Below, piece after piece: positions 38,441 through 49,962 of a DNA stretch of 64,000 bases. The notes beneath the pieces are model-generated. The model ran no database searches. It saw only the letters and a program-made list of their open reading frames with translations, and was not told the origin of the DNA. Every line of letters begins with the position of its first letter. Position 1 is the stretch's first letter. The position numbers were made by a program, and so were the translations under genes. Source of the stretch: Ranitomeya imitator (Eukaryota); contig NC_091284.1 in the NCBI RefSeq assembly GCF_032444005.1, positions 826,646,001 through 826,710,000 on the forward strand, read 5' to 3'.

Positions 38441-40222
38441 GTCAGCGTTATCCTGTACCCCGAGTGTCGGCGTCATTATCCTGTACCCCGAGTGTCAGCG
38501 TCATTATCCTGTACCACGAGTGTCAGTATCATTATCCTGTACCCCAGTGTCAGTGTCATTATCCTGCACCCCGAGTGTCGGCGTCATTATCCTGTACCCC
38601 GAGTGTCAGCGTCATTATCCTGTACCCCGAGTGTCAGTGTCATTATCCTGTACCCCGAGTGTCAGTGTCATTATCCTGTACCCCAGTGTCAGTGTCATTA
38701 TCCTGTACCCCGAGTGTCGGCGTCATTATCCTGCACCCCGAGTGTCGGCGTCATTATCCTGTACCCCAGTGTCAGTGTCATTATCCTGTACCCCGAGTGT
38801 CAGTGTCATTATCCTGTACCCCAGTGTCAGTGTCATTATCCTGTACCCCGAGTGTCAGTGTCATTATCCTGTACCCCAGTGTCAGTGTCATTATCCTGTA
38901 CCCCGAGTGTAAGCGTCATTATCCTGTACCCCGAGTGTCGGCGTCATTATCCTGTACCCCGAGTGTCGGCGTCATTATCCTGCACCCCGAGTGTCGGTGT
39001 CATTATCCTGTACCCCGAGTGTCGGCGTCATTATCCTGTACCCCGAGTGTCGGCGTCATTATCCTGCACCCCGAGTGTCAGCGTCATTATCCTGTACCCA
39101 GAGTGTCAGTGTCATTATCCTGTACCCCCAGTGTCAGTGTCATTATCCTGTACCCCAGTGTCAGTGTCATTATCCTGTACCCCGAGTGTCGGCGTCATTA
39201 TCCTGTACCCTGAGTGTCGGCGTCATTATCCTGCACCCCGAGTGTCAGCGTCATTATCCTGTACCCCCAGTGTCAGTGTCATTATCCTGTACCCCGAGTG
39301 TCGGCGTCATTATCCTGTACCCCGAGTGTCGGCGTCATTATCCTGTACCCCGAGTGTCATTATCCTGTACCCCGAGTGTCAGCGTCATTATCCTGTACCC
39401 CGAGTGTCAGTGTCATTATCCTGTACCCCCAGTGTCAGTGTCATTATCCTGTACCCCGAGTGTCATTATCCTGTACCCCGAGTGTCGCCGTCATTATCCT
39501 GTACCCCGAGTGTCAGTGTCATCCTGTACCCCGAGTGTCAGTGTCATTATCCTGTACCCCGAGTGTCAGTGTCATTATCCTGTACCCCGAGTGTCAGCGT
39601 CATTATCCTGTACCCCGAGTGTCAGCGTCATTATCCTGTACCCCGAGTGTCAGTGTCATTATCCTGTACCCCCAGTGTCAGTGTCATTATCCTGTACCCC
39701 CAGTGTCAGTGTCATTATCCTGTACCCCGAGTGTCAGTGTCATTATCCTGTACCCCCAGTGTCAGCGTCATTATCCTGTACCCCGAGTGTCAGTGTCATT
39801 ATCCTGTACCCCCAGTGTCAGTGTCATTATCCTGTACCCCCAGTGTCAGTGTCATTATCCTGTACCCCCAGTGTCAGTGTCATTATCCTGTACCCCCAGT
39901 GTCAGTGTCATTATCCTGTACCCCCAGTGTCAGTGTCATTATCCTGTACCCCGAGTGTCAGTGTCATTATCCTGTACCCCGAGTGTCAGTGTCATTATCC
40001 TGTCCCCCGAGTGTCAGTGTCATTATCCTGTACCCCCAGTGTCAGTGTCATTATCCTGTACCCCCAGTGTCAGTGTCATTATCCTGTACCCCCAGTGTCA
40101 GTGTCATTATCCTGTACCCCGAGTGTCAGTGTCATTATCCTGTCCCCCGAGTGTCAGTGTCATTATCCTGTACCCCCAGTGTCAGTGTCATTATCCTGTA
40201 CCCCCAGTGTCAGTGTCATTAT
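38441..40222. repeat. Minisatellite, 27-28-bp unit (CAGTGTCATTATCCTGTACCCCGAGTGT), last C2CD3 intron
   Basis: Periodicity read directly. Confidence 0.96.
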
Positions 40223-40710
40223 GACGCTTCGGGGTGACGAGTGTCTCCGGTCTCGGAGCTCCCTGTGGTGCGGGGGTTAACAGTACAGTCAGCAGCGGCC
40301 ATTGTGCAATGTCCCCGTCGGCGAGGACGCCGCCAAGTTTGCAGCTAATTTCGGAAGCGGCTGATCCCGCTCCGTCAGCCGGACTGAACCGGCTCCAGAT
40401 TATCAGCCGCTGAACCCTGTACACAGTGAGAAGTAGGAAGAGCCGGGGAGATAAGTGACACATGGCAGGTTACTGCATCAGGGTCAAAAACCAGGAGGCT
40501 CAGGATGAGCAGAGCCAGGCGTCACCCCCAGACAGGGAGTACATACAACTATGGGGGACAACCGGCTCTGAGCCCAGAGGAAAGGGTTAATGGCCCATAC
40601 AGGTCTCCTTTATTCGCAGGTTTGTGATACGAGACGCTCCGTGACCCTGACCTGCGGGGTAACGGCCACAGTGCTCCCCACTCCCTACCTGCACAAATAA
40701 AAAAGACGGC

Positions 40711-43238
40711 CCAATGGCTGCCCCCCGCATCACCCCGTGTACCAATGGCTTCCCCCCCGCATCACCCCGTGTACCAATGGCCGCCCCCCACATCACCCCG
40801 TGTACCAATGGCTGCCCCCCGCATCACCCCGTGTACCAATGGCCGCCCCCCGCATCACCCCGTGTACCAATGGCTGCCCCCCGCATCACCCCGTGTACCA
40901 ATGGCTGCCCCCCGCATCACCCCGTGTACCAATGGCCGCCCCCCGCATCACCCCGTGTACCAATGGCTGCCCCCCGCATCACCCCGTGTACCAATGGCTG
41001 CCCCCCGCATCACCCCGTGTACCAATGGCCGCCCCCCGCATCACCCCGTGTACCAATGGCCGCCCCCCGCATCACCCCGTGTACCAATGGCTGCCCCCCG
41101 CATCACCCCGTGTACCAATGGCTGCCCCCCGCATCACCCGTGTACCAATGGCTGCCCCCCGCATCACCCGTGTACCAATGGCTGCCCCCCGCATCACCCG
41201 TGTACCAATGGCTGCCCCCCGCATCACCCCGTGTACCAATGGCCGCCCCCCGCATCACCCGTGTACCAATGGCCGCCCCCCGCATCACCCCGTGTACCAA
41301 TGGCCGCCCCCCGCATCACCCCGTGTACCAATGGCCGCCCCCCGCATCACCCCGTGTACCAATGGCCGCCCCCCGCATCACCCCGTGTACCAATGGCTGC
41401 CCCCCGCATCACCCCGTGTACCAATGGCTGCCCCCCGCATCACCCGTGTACCAATGGCTGCCCCCCGCATCACCCCGTGTACCAATGGCTGCCCCCCGCA
41501 TCACCCCGTGTACCAATGGCTGCCCCCCGCATCACCCCGTGTACCAATGGCTGCCCCCCGCATCACCCGTGTACCAATGGCTGCCCCCCGCATCACCCCG
41601 TGTACCAATGGCTGCCCCCCGCATCACCCCGTGTACCAATGGCTGCCCCCCGCATCACCCGTGTACCAATGGCTGCCCCCCGCATCACCCCGTGTACCAA
41701 TGGCCGCCCCCCGCGTACCAATGGCCGCCCCCCGCATCACCCGTGTACCAATGGCCGCCCCCCGCATCACCCCGTGTACCAATGGCTGCCCCCCGCATCA
41801 CCCCGTGTACCAATGGCTGCCCCCCGCATCACCCCGTGTACCAATGGCTGCCCCCCGCATCACCCCGTGTACCAATGGCTGCCCCCCGCATCACCCGTGT
41901 ACCAATGGCTGCCCCCCGCATCACCCCGTGTACCAATGGCTGCCCCCCCCGCATCACCCCGTGTACCAATGGCTGCCCCCCCCGCATCACCCCGTGTACC
42001 AATGGCTGCCCCCCGCATCACCCCGTGTACCAATGGCTGCCCCCCGCATCACCCGTGTACCAATGGCTGCCCCCCGCATCACCCTTGTACCAATGGCTGC
42101 CCCCCGCATCACCCTTGTACCAATGGCTGCCCCCCGCATCACCCCGTGTACCAATGGCTGCCCCCCGCATCACCCCGTGTACCAATGGCTGCCCCCCGCA
42201 TCACCCCGTGTACCAATGGCTGCCCCCCGCATCACCCCGTGTACCAATGGCTGCCCCCCGCATCACCCCGTGTACCAATGGCTGCCCCCCGCATCACCCC
42301 GTGTACCAATGGCTGCCCCCCGCATCACCCGTGTACCAATGGCTGCCCCCCGCATCACCCCGTGTACCAATGGCTGCCCCCCGCATCACCCGTGTACCAA
42401 TGGCTGCCCCCCGCATCACCCGTGTACCAATGGCTGCCCCCCGCATCACCCCGTGTACCAATGGCTGCCCCCCGCATCACCCCGTGTACCAATGGCTGCC
42501 CCCCGCATCACCCCGTGTACCAATGGCTGCCCCCCGCATCACCCCGTGTACCAATGGCTGCCCCCCGCATCACCCGTGTACCAATGGCTGCCCCCCGCAT
42601 CACCCGTGTACCAATGGCTGCCCCCCCGCATCACCCCGTGTACCAATGGCTGCCCCCCGCATCACCCCGTGTACCAATGGCTGCCCCCCGCATCACCCCG
42701 TGTACCAATGGCTGCCCCCCCCGCATCACCCCGTGTACCAATGGCTGCCCCCCCCGCATCACCCCGTGTACCAATGGCTGCCCCCCGCATCACCCGTGTA
42801 CCAATGGCTGCCCCCCGCATCACCCCGTGTACCAATGGCTGCCCCCCCCGCATCACCCCGTGTACCAATGGCTGCCCCCCGCATCACCCGTGTACCAATG
42901 GCTGCCCCCCGCATCACCCCGTGTACCAATGGCTGCCCCCCGCATCACCCCGTGTACCAATGGCTGACCCCCCCCGCATCACCCCGTGTACCAATGGCTG
43001 CCCCCCGCATCACCCGTGTACCAATGGCCGCCCCCCGCATCACCCCGTGTACCAATGGCCGCCCCCCGCATCACCCCGTGTACCAATGGCTGCCCCCCGC
43101 ATCACCCGTGTACCAATGGCTGCCCCCCGCATCACCCCGTGTACCAATGGCCGCCCCCCGCATCACCCCGTGTACCAATGGCCGCCCCCCGCATCACCCC
43201 GTGTACCAATGGCTGCCCCCCGCATCACCTGTGTACCA
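40711..43238. repeat. C-rich minisatellite, 30-31-bp unit (CCAATGGCTGCCCCCCGCATCACCCCGTGTA), last C2CD3 intron
   Basis: Periodicity read directly. Confidence 0.96.
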
Positions 43239-44287
43239 GTGACCCCTCTGCCCTATCTATGGAGAGGACGGACAGTCGCCGGATATTTCCTCTGATCTGT
43301 GTATTATAATAAGTCTCCTGTGTAATCCCAAGGACGGGTGATATTGGGGGGCTCAATGTGACGCCCGGATACGGAATTCTTACAATTTCACGATTTTACT
43401 CCAAAAAAAATGAAAAAAATAAAAACACCCAGACAATGGCGCCCTCTGGAGGCTGCTACATGGAACTGCTTATTTAAAGGGACCATAACTAATGACAGTG
43501 GAGATCAGTAACACGCTGCACTCCAGCTGAGGGGGAATGGTGAGGGCATGCTTGGAGTTGTAGTTTCACAACAGCAGGAGTTCGCTATTTTATGACCTCA
43601 GGATATTCTTTTGGAAAGAAGGACATATTTAGCAATCGTCACTAGAAGCCCCCGTTACGGGCGATGACAGCGCACAAGACGTGCGTGTGTTATGGATCTT
43701 CGTCCGTGGCCGGCGCATATTTGCAGTATAAATTTACAACAATTTCCAGGGTAAGTTACCTGGCAGTTAGTGGCGGCCCCAACCCTCCCAGCTAAACTTC
43801 ACCCACTCCTCAAAACTTTTGAAAATTGACGAGAAAAAAAATCAAAATGGCGCAGGGCCAAAATGTAGATTTTTTTTTTTTAATCCAGAAGATTTAAAAA
43901 AAAGTCCCCAAAATTAATTCTTAGCAATCACTTAGTGCAGAGCAGATGTGGCAAATCACAAGGGTGCCACCTGGTGGTGAAAAAAGATGCTGCAGAAATA
44001 CATGAAGAGGAGGTTAAGGCATATAGGTGATCGATCCTCAGACGTCGGCCATCAATATGAGATCGGTGGGGTCCCATTGATCAGTTATTATTAGCTTTGG
44101 TGGCATCTGGACGTACGGCTCCGTATACTGTGGCCGCTGATCGGTGGTGGTGCTGGGCATGGGACCCCCACAGATCTGCCCGGTTTCAGATCCTGCGGGA
44201 CGGCCCCTCTGCACCCCATTCCCATAGTTATAAATGCACTGACAGCGCCTCTGATGATATATATAGGACCCCCGTGTAGACACGCAC

Positions 44288-44393
44288 CTTGGGATCCGAC
44301 GAGGGGATCGCGGGAGAAAGGCTCAGGAATCTCATCGACGCCTCCAAGTGCTCAGGAGGAAGGAAGAAGTTTGGGAGAAGGAGCGGATCCGAG
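44288..44393 (-). CDS. C2CD3: C2CD3 penultimate exon (SDPLLLPNFFLPPEHLEASMRFLSLSPAIPSSDPK)
   Basis: PNFFLPP..LEAS.R.LSLS motif; ccag|C acceptor (phase 2), AAG|gtgcgt donor; 106 nt. Confidence 0.92.
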
Positions 44394-44519
44394 CTGGACG
44401 TGAGAGAGTTAAGGAGGAGATAGAAAACAGCGACAAAACCACAGGGGGACGAGACGGAGATGACGAGGGCTGAGCCAGCTGCAAGTCAAGGGGACGACTG
44501 AGTAAAGTAAAAGGTCAAG

Positions 44520-44645
44520 AAGTGTTACAAAATATATAAGAAAAAAAATATATATAAAAATTAAAACAAAAAAATAAAATAAAAAAACCACACGTTTGGT
44601 ATCGCCACATTCAGAATCGCTCGATCAAGAAAAAAAATAATTATA

Positions 44646-44694
<49 letters not shown>

Positions 44695-45248
44695 TATATT
44701 CATCCGATCAGTTACGGCGTAACAAGAAAAAAATCAAAAAATCACAGAATTACTTTTGTCGCTGCAACATTGAAATAAAATACGAGGAGATCAAAAAAAT
44801 CATATCTACCCCAAAATGGTATCAATAAAAACGTCAGCAAAATAAGCCATCGCCCCAGAGCCTGGAAATGGAGACGCTACGGGGCTCGTAAAATAACGAC
44901 AAAACACAAAAACTTTTTTTTCATTCAAATTTTGGAATTTTTTTTTCACCACTTAAAAAAAAAAAAAGAAGCCAGACATGTTTGTTATGTGCGAACTCGC
45001 ACTGACCGGGAGAATCACAATCGCAGGTCCGTTTTAGCAGTGAGTAAATAAAAGTCCGTAAAACAATTGTGAAACTTCAGCGCACTTGGAATTTTTCCCC
45101 GTTTGCTATGTGGTTAAATCAATGGCGTCAATCAAAAGTACAACTCGTCCCCCATCAAGCGATGGGGACGGACAAATAAAAAAGTTATGGCCCCGAGACA
45201 AAGGGGAGCAAATAACGGAAACAAAAGATCGTCTGTGGGTGAAGGGGT
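44520..45248 (-). mobile_element. TTAA piggyBac-like non-autonomous element (reverse orientation)
   Basis: Minus strand begins TTAA|CCCCTTCA and is similar to the element starting at 57105; inner edge approximate. Confidence 0.65.
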
Positions 45249-45250
45249 TA

Positions 45251-46130
45251 ACCCTTTCCCGATCGGGCGACTTTTCCATCCACATATGAGATTTTGCTTT
45301 TTGCGGCACAAGTTGTACTTTTGAAGGACACAATTCATTTATCATGTGATACACCGGAAAGCGAAATAAAAGCTCAATTCCGCAAGTGTTTTGGGTTTTT
45401 CTTCCTTGTTTATTATACGGTAAAACTGACCTTCCAATATGATTCCCCAGCTCAGTGCGAGTCCACAGATACCAAACGGGTCTAGTTTTGTTTTTTTTTC
45501 TTCTTAAGTGGCACAAACATTTTTTCCCCAAAAAATTTGTAAAAAAAAATTCTGCTTATGTCGCCATTTTTCAAGCCCCGTATTGTTTTCAATTTTTGGT
45601 GGATGGGGCTGTGCGAGGGAATATTTTTTTTGACATCCTGACATTTTTATCGATACCATTTTGGGGTCGATATGATATTTTGATCACTTCTTACTGCATT
45701 TTTTGTTGCTTTGTTGCGGTTGCTGAAAAACCATAAATCTCGAGGTCAGAATATTTGTTTTTTTCTGATTACGGCATTTACTGATCGGGTTACTTAATTT
45801 AATATTTTTATAGATTGGACTTTTACAGACACAGCGATAACAAGTATGTGGATTTTTATTATTTTTTTTCTTTATTTTTAATGCAGGAAAAGGGGGATGC
45901 TTTCAGCTTTTTTTTTCATGTAGTTCTTAAAACTTTTTTTTTTTTTTTTACTGTATTTAATAGTCCCCTTAGGGGACTTGAAGCTGCGATCATCTGATTG
46001 CTCGTGCTGTATCAGCCCTGCTATGTGTTGTGATGACCACGGTCTCCTATGAACGCCGGCTACAGGATGGTAATCACAGGAGGATCGCCATGACAGGCAC
46101 GGGGGTCTTCAGCAGACTGTACATCAGAAG
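45251..46130 (+). mobile_element. Related TTAA piggyBac-like element, head-to-head with the previous one
   Basis: TTAA|CCCTTTCCCG start; shared blocks such as AGTTGTACTTTTGA and GCGATA(A/C)CAA; right edge approximate. Confidence 0.6.
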
Positions 46131-46284
46131 GGGCTGGTGAATGCAGAACACGCAGTGGTCTTACACACTGGCTTCTAGGGAATTTCTGCTTTCCCACCTT
46201 ATATAAAACATGGCGGTTGTTTGGCAGTAAGTCCCCGGCGGCTGCATCTCGCCGCTCCCTGCACCAGATCAGAGTAAAGGATAC

Positions 46285-47074
46285 AGTACGTGCCCGCTCC
46301 GCCTGCCTGGTGGCTCGGTGGGCTCCTCCTCTGACGGGCCGGTGTCCGGGTGGATAGGGTCTCCTTGCGATCTCCTCTCCTCCTGGTCATCCGCGGTATC
46401 AGATTCCTCCCCATGTACGTCATTAGTCTCCAGGTCAGCTGAGGTTTTATCGGCCTCCCCCGTGGTCTCGTCAGAGCCTCCGTCCTCACAAAGGTCGGGG
46501 GTTGGGATTGTGTGTAAATCTCGCTCTTCGATCTTAGCACAGCCCATGATTCGGGGGTCCTCATCTGAGCTTTGCAGTTCACTAGATCCATCAGAGCTGA
46601 GGGTATTGGTCCGATCGACCTCATATTCAGCGCCCTCGGTGTGACCTACGGCTGGCGGGCTGTCTGCTAGGTCCGGTTCCATGAAATCGGGCTCAGTGTC
46701 GGTCACCATACTGGACCAGGGGCTGGTCCTGTCCGTCATGGTGGTGATCTCATTAAGAGTCCGGGGTTCGATGACATTTTCCTCGTACTCCTCGTCGCTG
46801 CTGTTGTGGAGATCCAGGAAAAAGCGGCCTTCTCTCACCGCAGGGTCGGACAGGTCGTCCATGTTGTCCTCTCCATTATTAGAGAAGGGTGGAGTGTCTT
46901 CTCTGGGGTGATCACTCTCATCATCCACCTCCACCGTGTGACCTATGACCTCCGTACTCTCGGGTAGCCGGGCAGGAGATGGCGCCTGAGCTCCTGCCTC
47001 TGTGTGCTGGACCTGACATGCTGCATCGATCCCGCTGTTGGTCGATCCTCGAAAGAGACCATTTCCCTGAAGAC
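46285..47074 (-). CDS. C2CD3: C2CD3 large acidic exon (GLQGNGLF...SDEEYEENVIEPRTLNEITTMTDRTSPWSS...RSGHVL)
   Basis: EPRTLNEITT.TD.TSPWSS motif; ttgctccag| acceptor, phase 1; 790 nt = 2+262x3+2. Confidence 0.92.
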
Positions 47075-47245
47075 CTGGAGCAAAAAAAATAAAACAAAAT
47101 TATTATTTTTTTTCAAATTTAAGGAATTACTGTATGAAGCTCATGTTACAGGGGCATTCTGGCAACAGCCGCTTCCCAAGCGGTGCCAACGACACTGCAG
47201 ACCCCACATGAGCCGCGATCAGGAGGTCACATGTGACAGGAGACC

Positions 47246-48572
47246 CAATGATCTGAGGGGACGATGGTGCATGTATAGGGGGCTGCACGGCTAGTAATCT
47301 AAGGGGGTGATGGTTCACGTATAGGGGCTGCACGGCCGGTGATCTGAGGGGCTGATGGTGCATGTATAGGGGGCTGCACGGCCGGTGATCTGAGGGGGTG
47401 ATGGTGCATGAATAGGGGGCTGCAGGGTCGCTGATCTGAGGGGGTGATGGTGCACGTATAAGGGGCTGCACGGCATGTGATCTGAGGGGGTGATGGTGCA
47501 CGTATAGGGGGCTGCACGGCCGGTGATCTGAGGGGGTGATGGTGCACGTATAGGGGGCTGCACGGCCGGTGATCTGAAGGGGTGATGGTGCATGAATAGG
47601 GGGCTGCACGGCCGGTGATCTGAGGGGGTGATAGTGCACGTATAGGGGGCTGCATGGCCGGTGATCTGAGGGGGTGATGGAGCACGTAAAGGGGGCTGCA
47701 CGGCCGGTGATCTAAGGGGGTGATGGTGCACGTATAGGGGCTGCAGGGTCGCCGATCTGAGGTGGTGATGGTGCACGTATAGGGGGCTGCACGGTCGGTG
47801 ATCTGAGGGGGTGATGGGGCATGTATAGGGGGCTGCACGGCTGGTGAGCTGAGGGGGTGATGGTGCACGTATAGGGGGCTGCAGGGTCGCTGATCTGAGG
47901 TGGTGATGGTGCACGTATAGGGAGCTGCATAGCTGGTAATCTGAAGGGGTGATGGTGCATGAATAGGGGGCTGCACGGCCGGTGATCTGAGGTGGTGATG
48001 GTGCACGTATAGGGAGCTGCATAGCTGGTAATCTGAAGGGGTGATGGTGCACATATAGGGGCTGCACGGCCGGTGATCTGAGGTGGTGATGGTGCACGTA
48101 TAGGTGGCTGCATGGCCGGTGATCTGAGGGGGTGATAGTGCACGTATAGGGGGCTGCATGGCCGGTGATCTGAGGGGGTGATGGAGCACGTATAGGGGGC
48201 TGCATGGCCGGTGATCTGAGGGGGTGATGGAGCACGTATAGGGGGCTGCACGGCCGGTGATCTGAGGTGGTGATGGTGCACGTATAGGGGCTGCAGGGTC
48301 GCTGATCTGAGGTGGTGATGGTGCACGTATAGGGGGCTGCACGGCCGGTGAGCTGAGGGGGTGATGGTGCACGTATAGGGAGCTGCATGGCTGGTAATCT
48401 GAAGGGGTGATGGTGCACATATAGGGGGCTGCACGGCCTGTGATCTGAGGAGGTGATGGGGCATGACTAAGGGGCTGAACAGCGAGTAATCTGAGGGGGT
48501 GATGGTGCACGAACAGGGGGCTGCATGGCTCGTAATCTGAGGGGGTGGTGGTGCATTTATAGGGGGCTGCAC
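47246..48572. repeat. Minisatellite, 45-46-bp unit (GATCTGAGGGGGTGATGGTGCACGTATAGGGGGCTGCACGGCCGGT)
   Basis: Periodicity read directly. Confidence 0.95.
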
Positions 48573-48576
48573 GTAC

Positions 48577-48776
48577 CGCCGAGGAGGTCGCTGACTTGGG
48601 ACACTAGAAGGCTGGATCTCGTCAGCAGCAGACGGGTCTCCGTATCTTCGTTGCTCGGAGGTTTTGCCTCCACATCGTGCAGAGATTTCCCTCCCGCCGG
48701 TTCATAGCTCGGCAGACTCCGATACAACTTCTGCTTGAAATATTTCTGGATATCATCAAGTTCACGGAGATTCTTC
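48577..48776 (-). CDS. C2CD3: C2CD3 exon (KNLRELDDIQKYFKQKL...LLVSQVSDLLG)
   Basis: ttttgcag|G acceptor, G|gtacgt donor; 200 nt, phase 2 to 1. Confidence 0.92.
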
Positions 48777-48809
48777 CTGCAAAACATAGGAACGTTCCTG
48801 GATTATTAT

Positions 48810-49540
48810 GGAACACTCCTCCTCACAAGTTTTCTTCCTAATCCTGCCTGCCGGTCTGTAATGTACAGTAGGTGCGGTAATAAACTGATCGCCGTCGGCT
48901 CCCGTTTCCTGCGCTGCTTCGAGCCTCTTCTATGTCCCGTGACTTCTGACTCGCTGGGTCACACTGGGGTTTGGGTGGGGACTGGAAATCACTTTCACAA
49001 TGGAAGTCTATGGAGCTTGATTCTGAAGAAAGAAACTAGCGCAGTCCCTGTGTGAGCCAAAAAAGAAATGGAGCGCAGAAGAGGACCGGAGCGGCGTTGG
49101 AAACCGGCGATCAGTAACAATATTATCACACCTACACTACATCACATAGATAGCGAGACAGGATTAGGAAAAAGAATGGTGGACGTGCTTCTTTAACAGG
49201 GTTGTCAGGAATACATTCACTAAAGGCACAGACATGTTAAAAACAAAGCAAGACACCGATGCCCACCGTCCTCAGGTCCAGCGCTGCCTCTCTGGTCTCT
49301 TTCACAGGCTGCAGAGCATTGAAGTCACGACTATAGAGCACATCCCTGCTGCAGACAATCATTGAGCTCAGTCGACGTAGACTGCATAAGCCGCTGAGCT
49401 CAGTGATTGACTGCAGCAGTCACGTGAGCTGAAGTCACGTCGATTCCCCCGCAGAGTCGCCGCTGGGCCAGGGAGAATCAGGATGTATATTGTCTTTGGG
49501 GGTGAGGGTGGAGGATTGTTTTCTTGGACAACCTCTTTAA
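48810..49540. mobile_element. Adjacent T2/Kolobok-like MITE remnants
   Basis: GGACGTGCTTCT|TTAA at 49181-49196; TTAACAGGGTTGTC ... GGACAACCTCT|TTAA (49193-49540). Confidence 0.5.
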
Positions 49541-49769
49541 TTCAGGTAATACGTAAATGAAGCTGAAATATCCCTTTAAAAAAAAGGTTGTCCAAGATCA
49601 AGTGGAAAGAAAAGGGTCTTGCTTTGTTCTTTAGTAACTGTGTGCAGTTTTGCAAATCAAAACCAAAAGCAGCGAGTGGAAAAGAGAAAAACAAGCTGGT
49701 GCAATGGAAAGGAATTCTCGGCCCCCTCCAGTATGGTTCCATCATTACGGCAGGACCCCTCATCCTCAC

Positions 49770-49925
49770 CTGAGTGCAGTCAGCAGAGCGGTGCGTGACG
49801 CCTGCGGCAGAGCGTCCATGTGCTCTGCGCTCCACGTGTTCCTCTCCGCCTGCTGGACTGACTCTTGGAAGCGACGCATGGTCTCCATATCTTCATCATG
49901 TCCTATTGATGGGAATATATTCTCC
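49770..49925 (-). CDS. C2CD3: C2CD3 exon (RENIFPSIGHDEDMETMRRFQESV...TALLTALR)
   Basis: cttgcag|G acceptor, AG|gtgagg donor; 156 nt, phase 2 to 2. Confidence 0.9.
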
Positions 49926-49962
49926 CTGCAAGAGTAAGAAATGAAGAATGTAGGAAACACCG

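Larger units (their letters stand above)
44394..46284 (-). other. C2CD3: U12-type (minor spliceosome) GT-AG intron of C2CD3, 1891 nt, phase 2
   Basis: 5' site GTATCCTTTA at 46284-46275; branch box TCCTTAAC at 44415-44408, ~15 nt from the AG; restores the frame (HVL|SDP); no strong U2 donor found in the required phase. Confidence 0.9.

Noticed and set aside
40230-40690. Candidate extra C2CD3 exons (acceptors at 40689-40690 and 40417-40418)
   Set aside because: In the required phase they stop quickly (GSAADNLEPVQSG*) and resemble nothing recognisable; exon 44288 joins 38306 in frame without them. A minor alternative ending can only be excluded with RNA-seq
38104-43309. Long plus-strand Pro/Cys-rich ORFs
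   Set aside because: Antisense translation of intronic 28-bp and 31-bp arrays
46163-46306. Alternative GC donor at 46306 and small exon 46258-46165
   Set aside because: It would need a 48-nt intron; the U12 donor explains the junction fully
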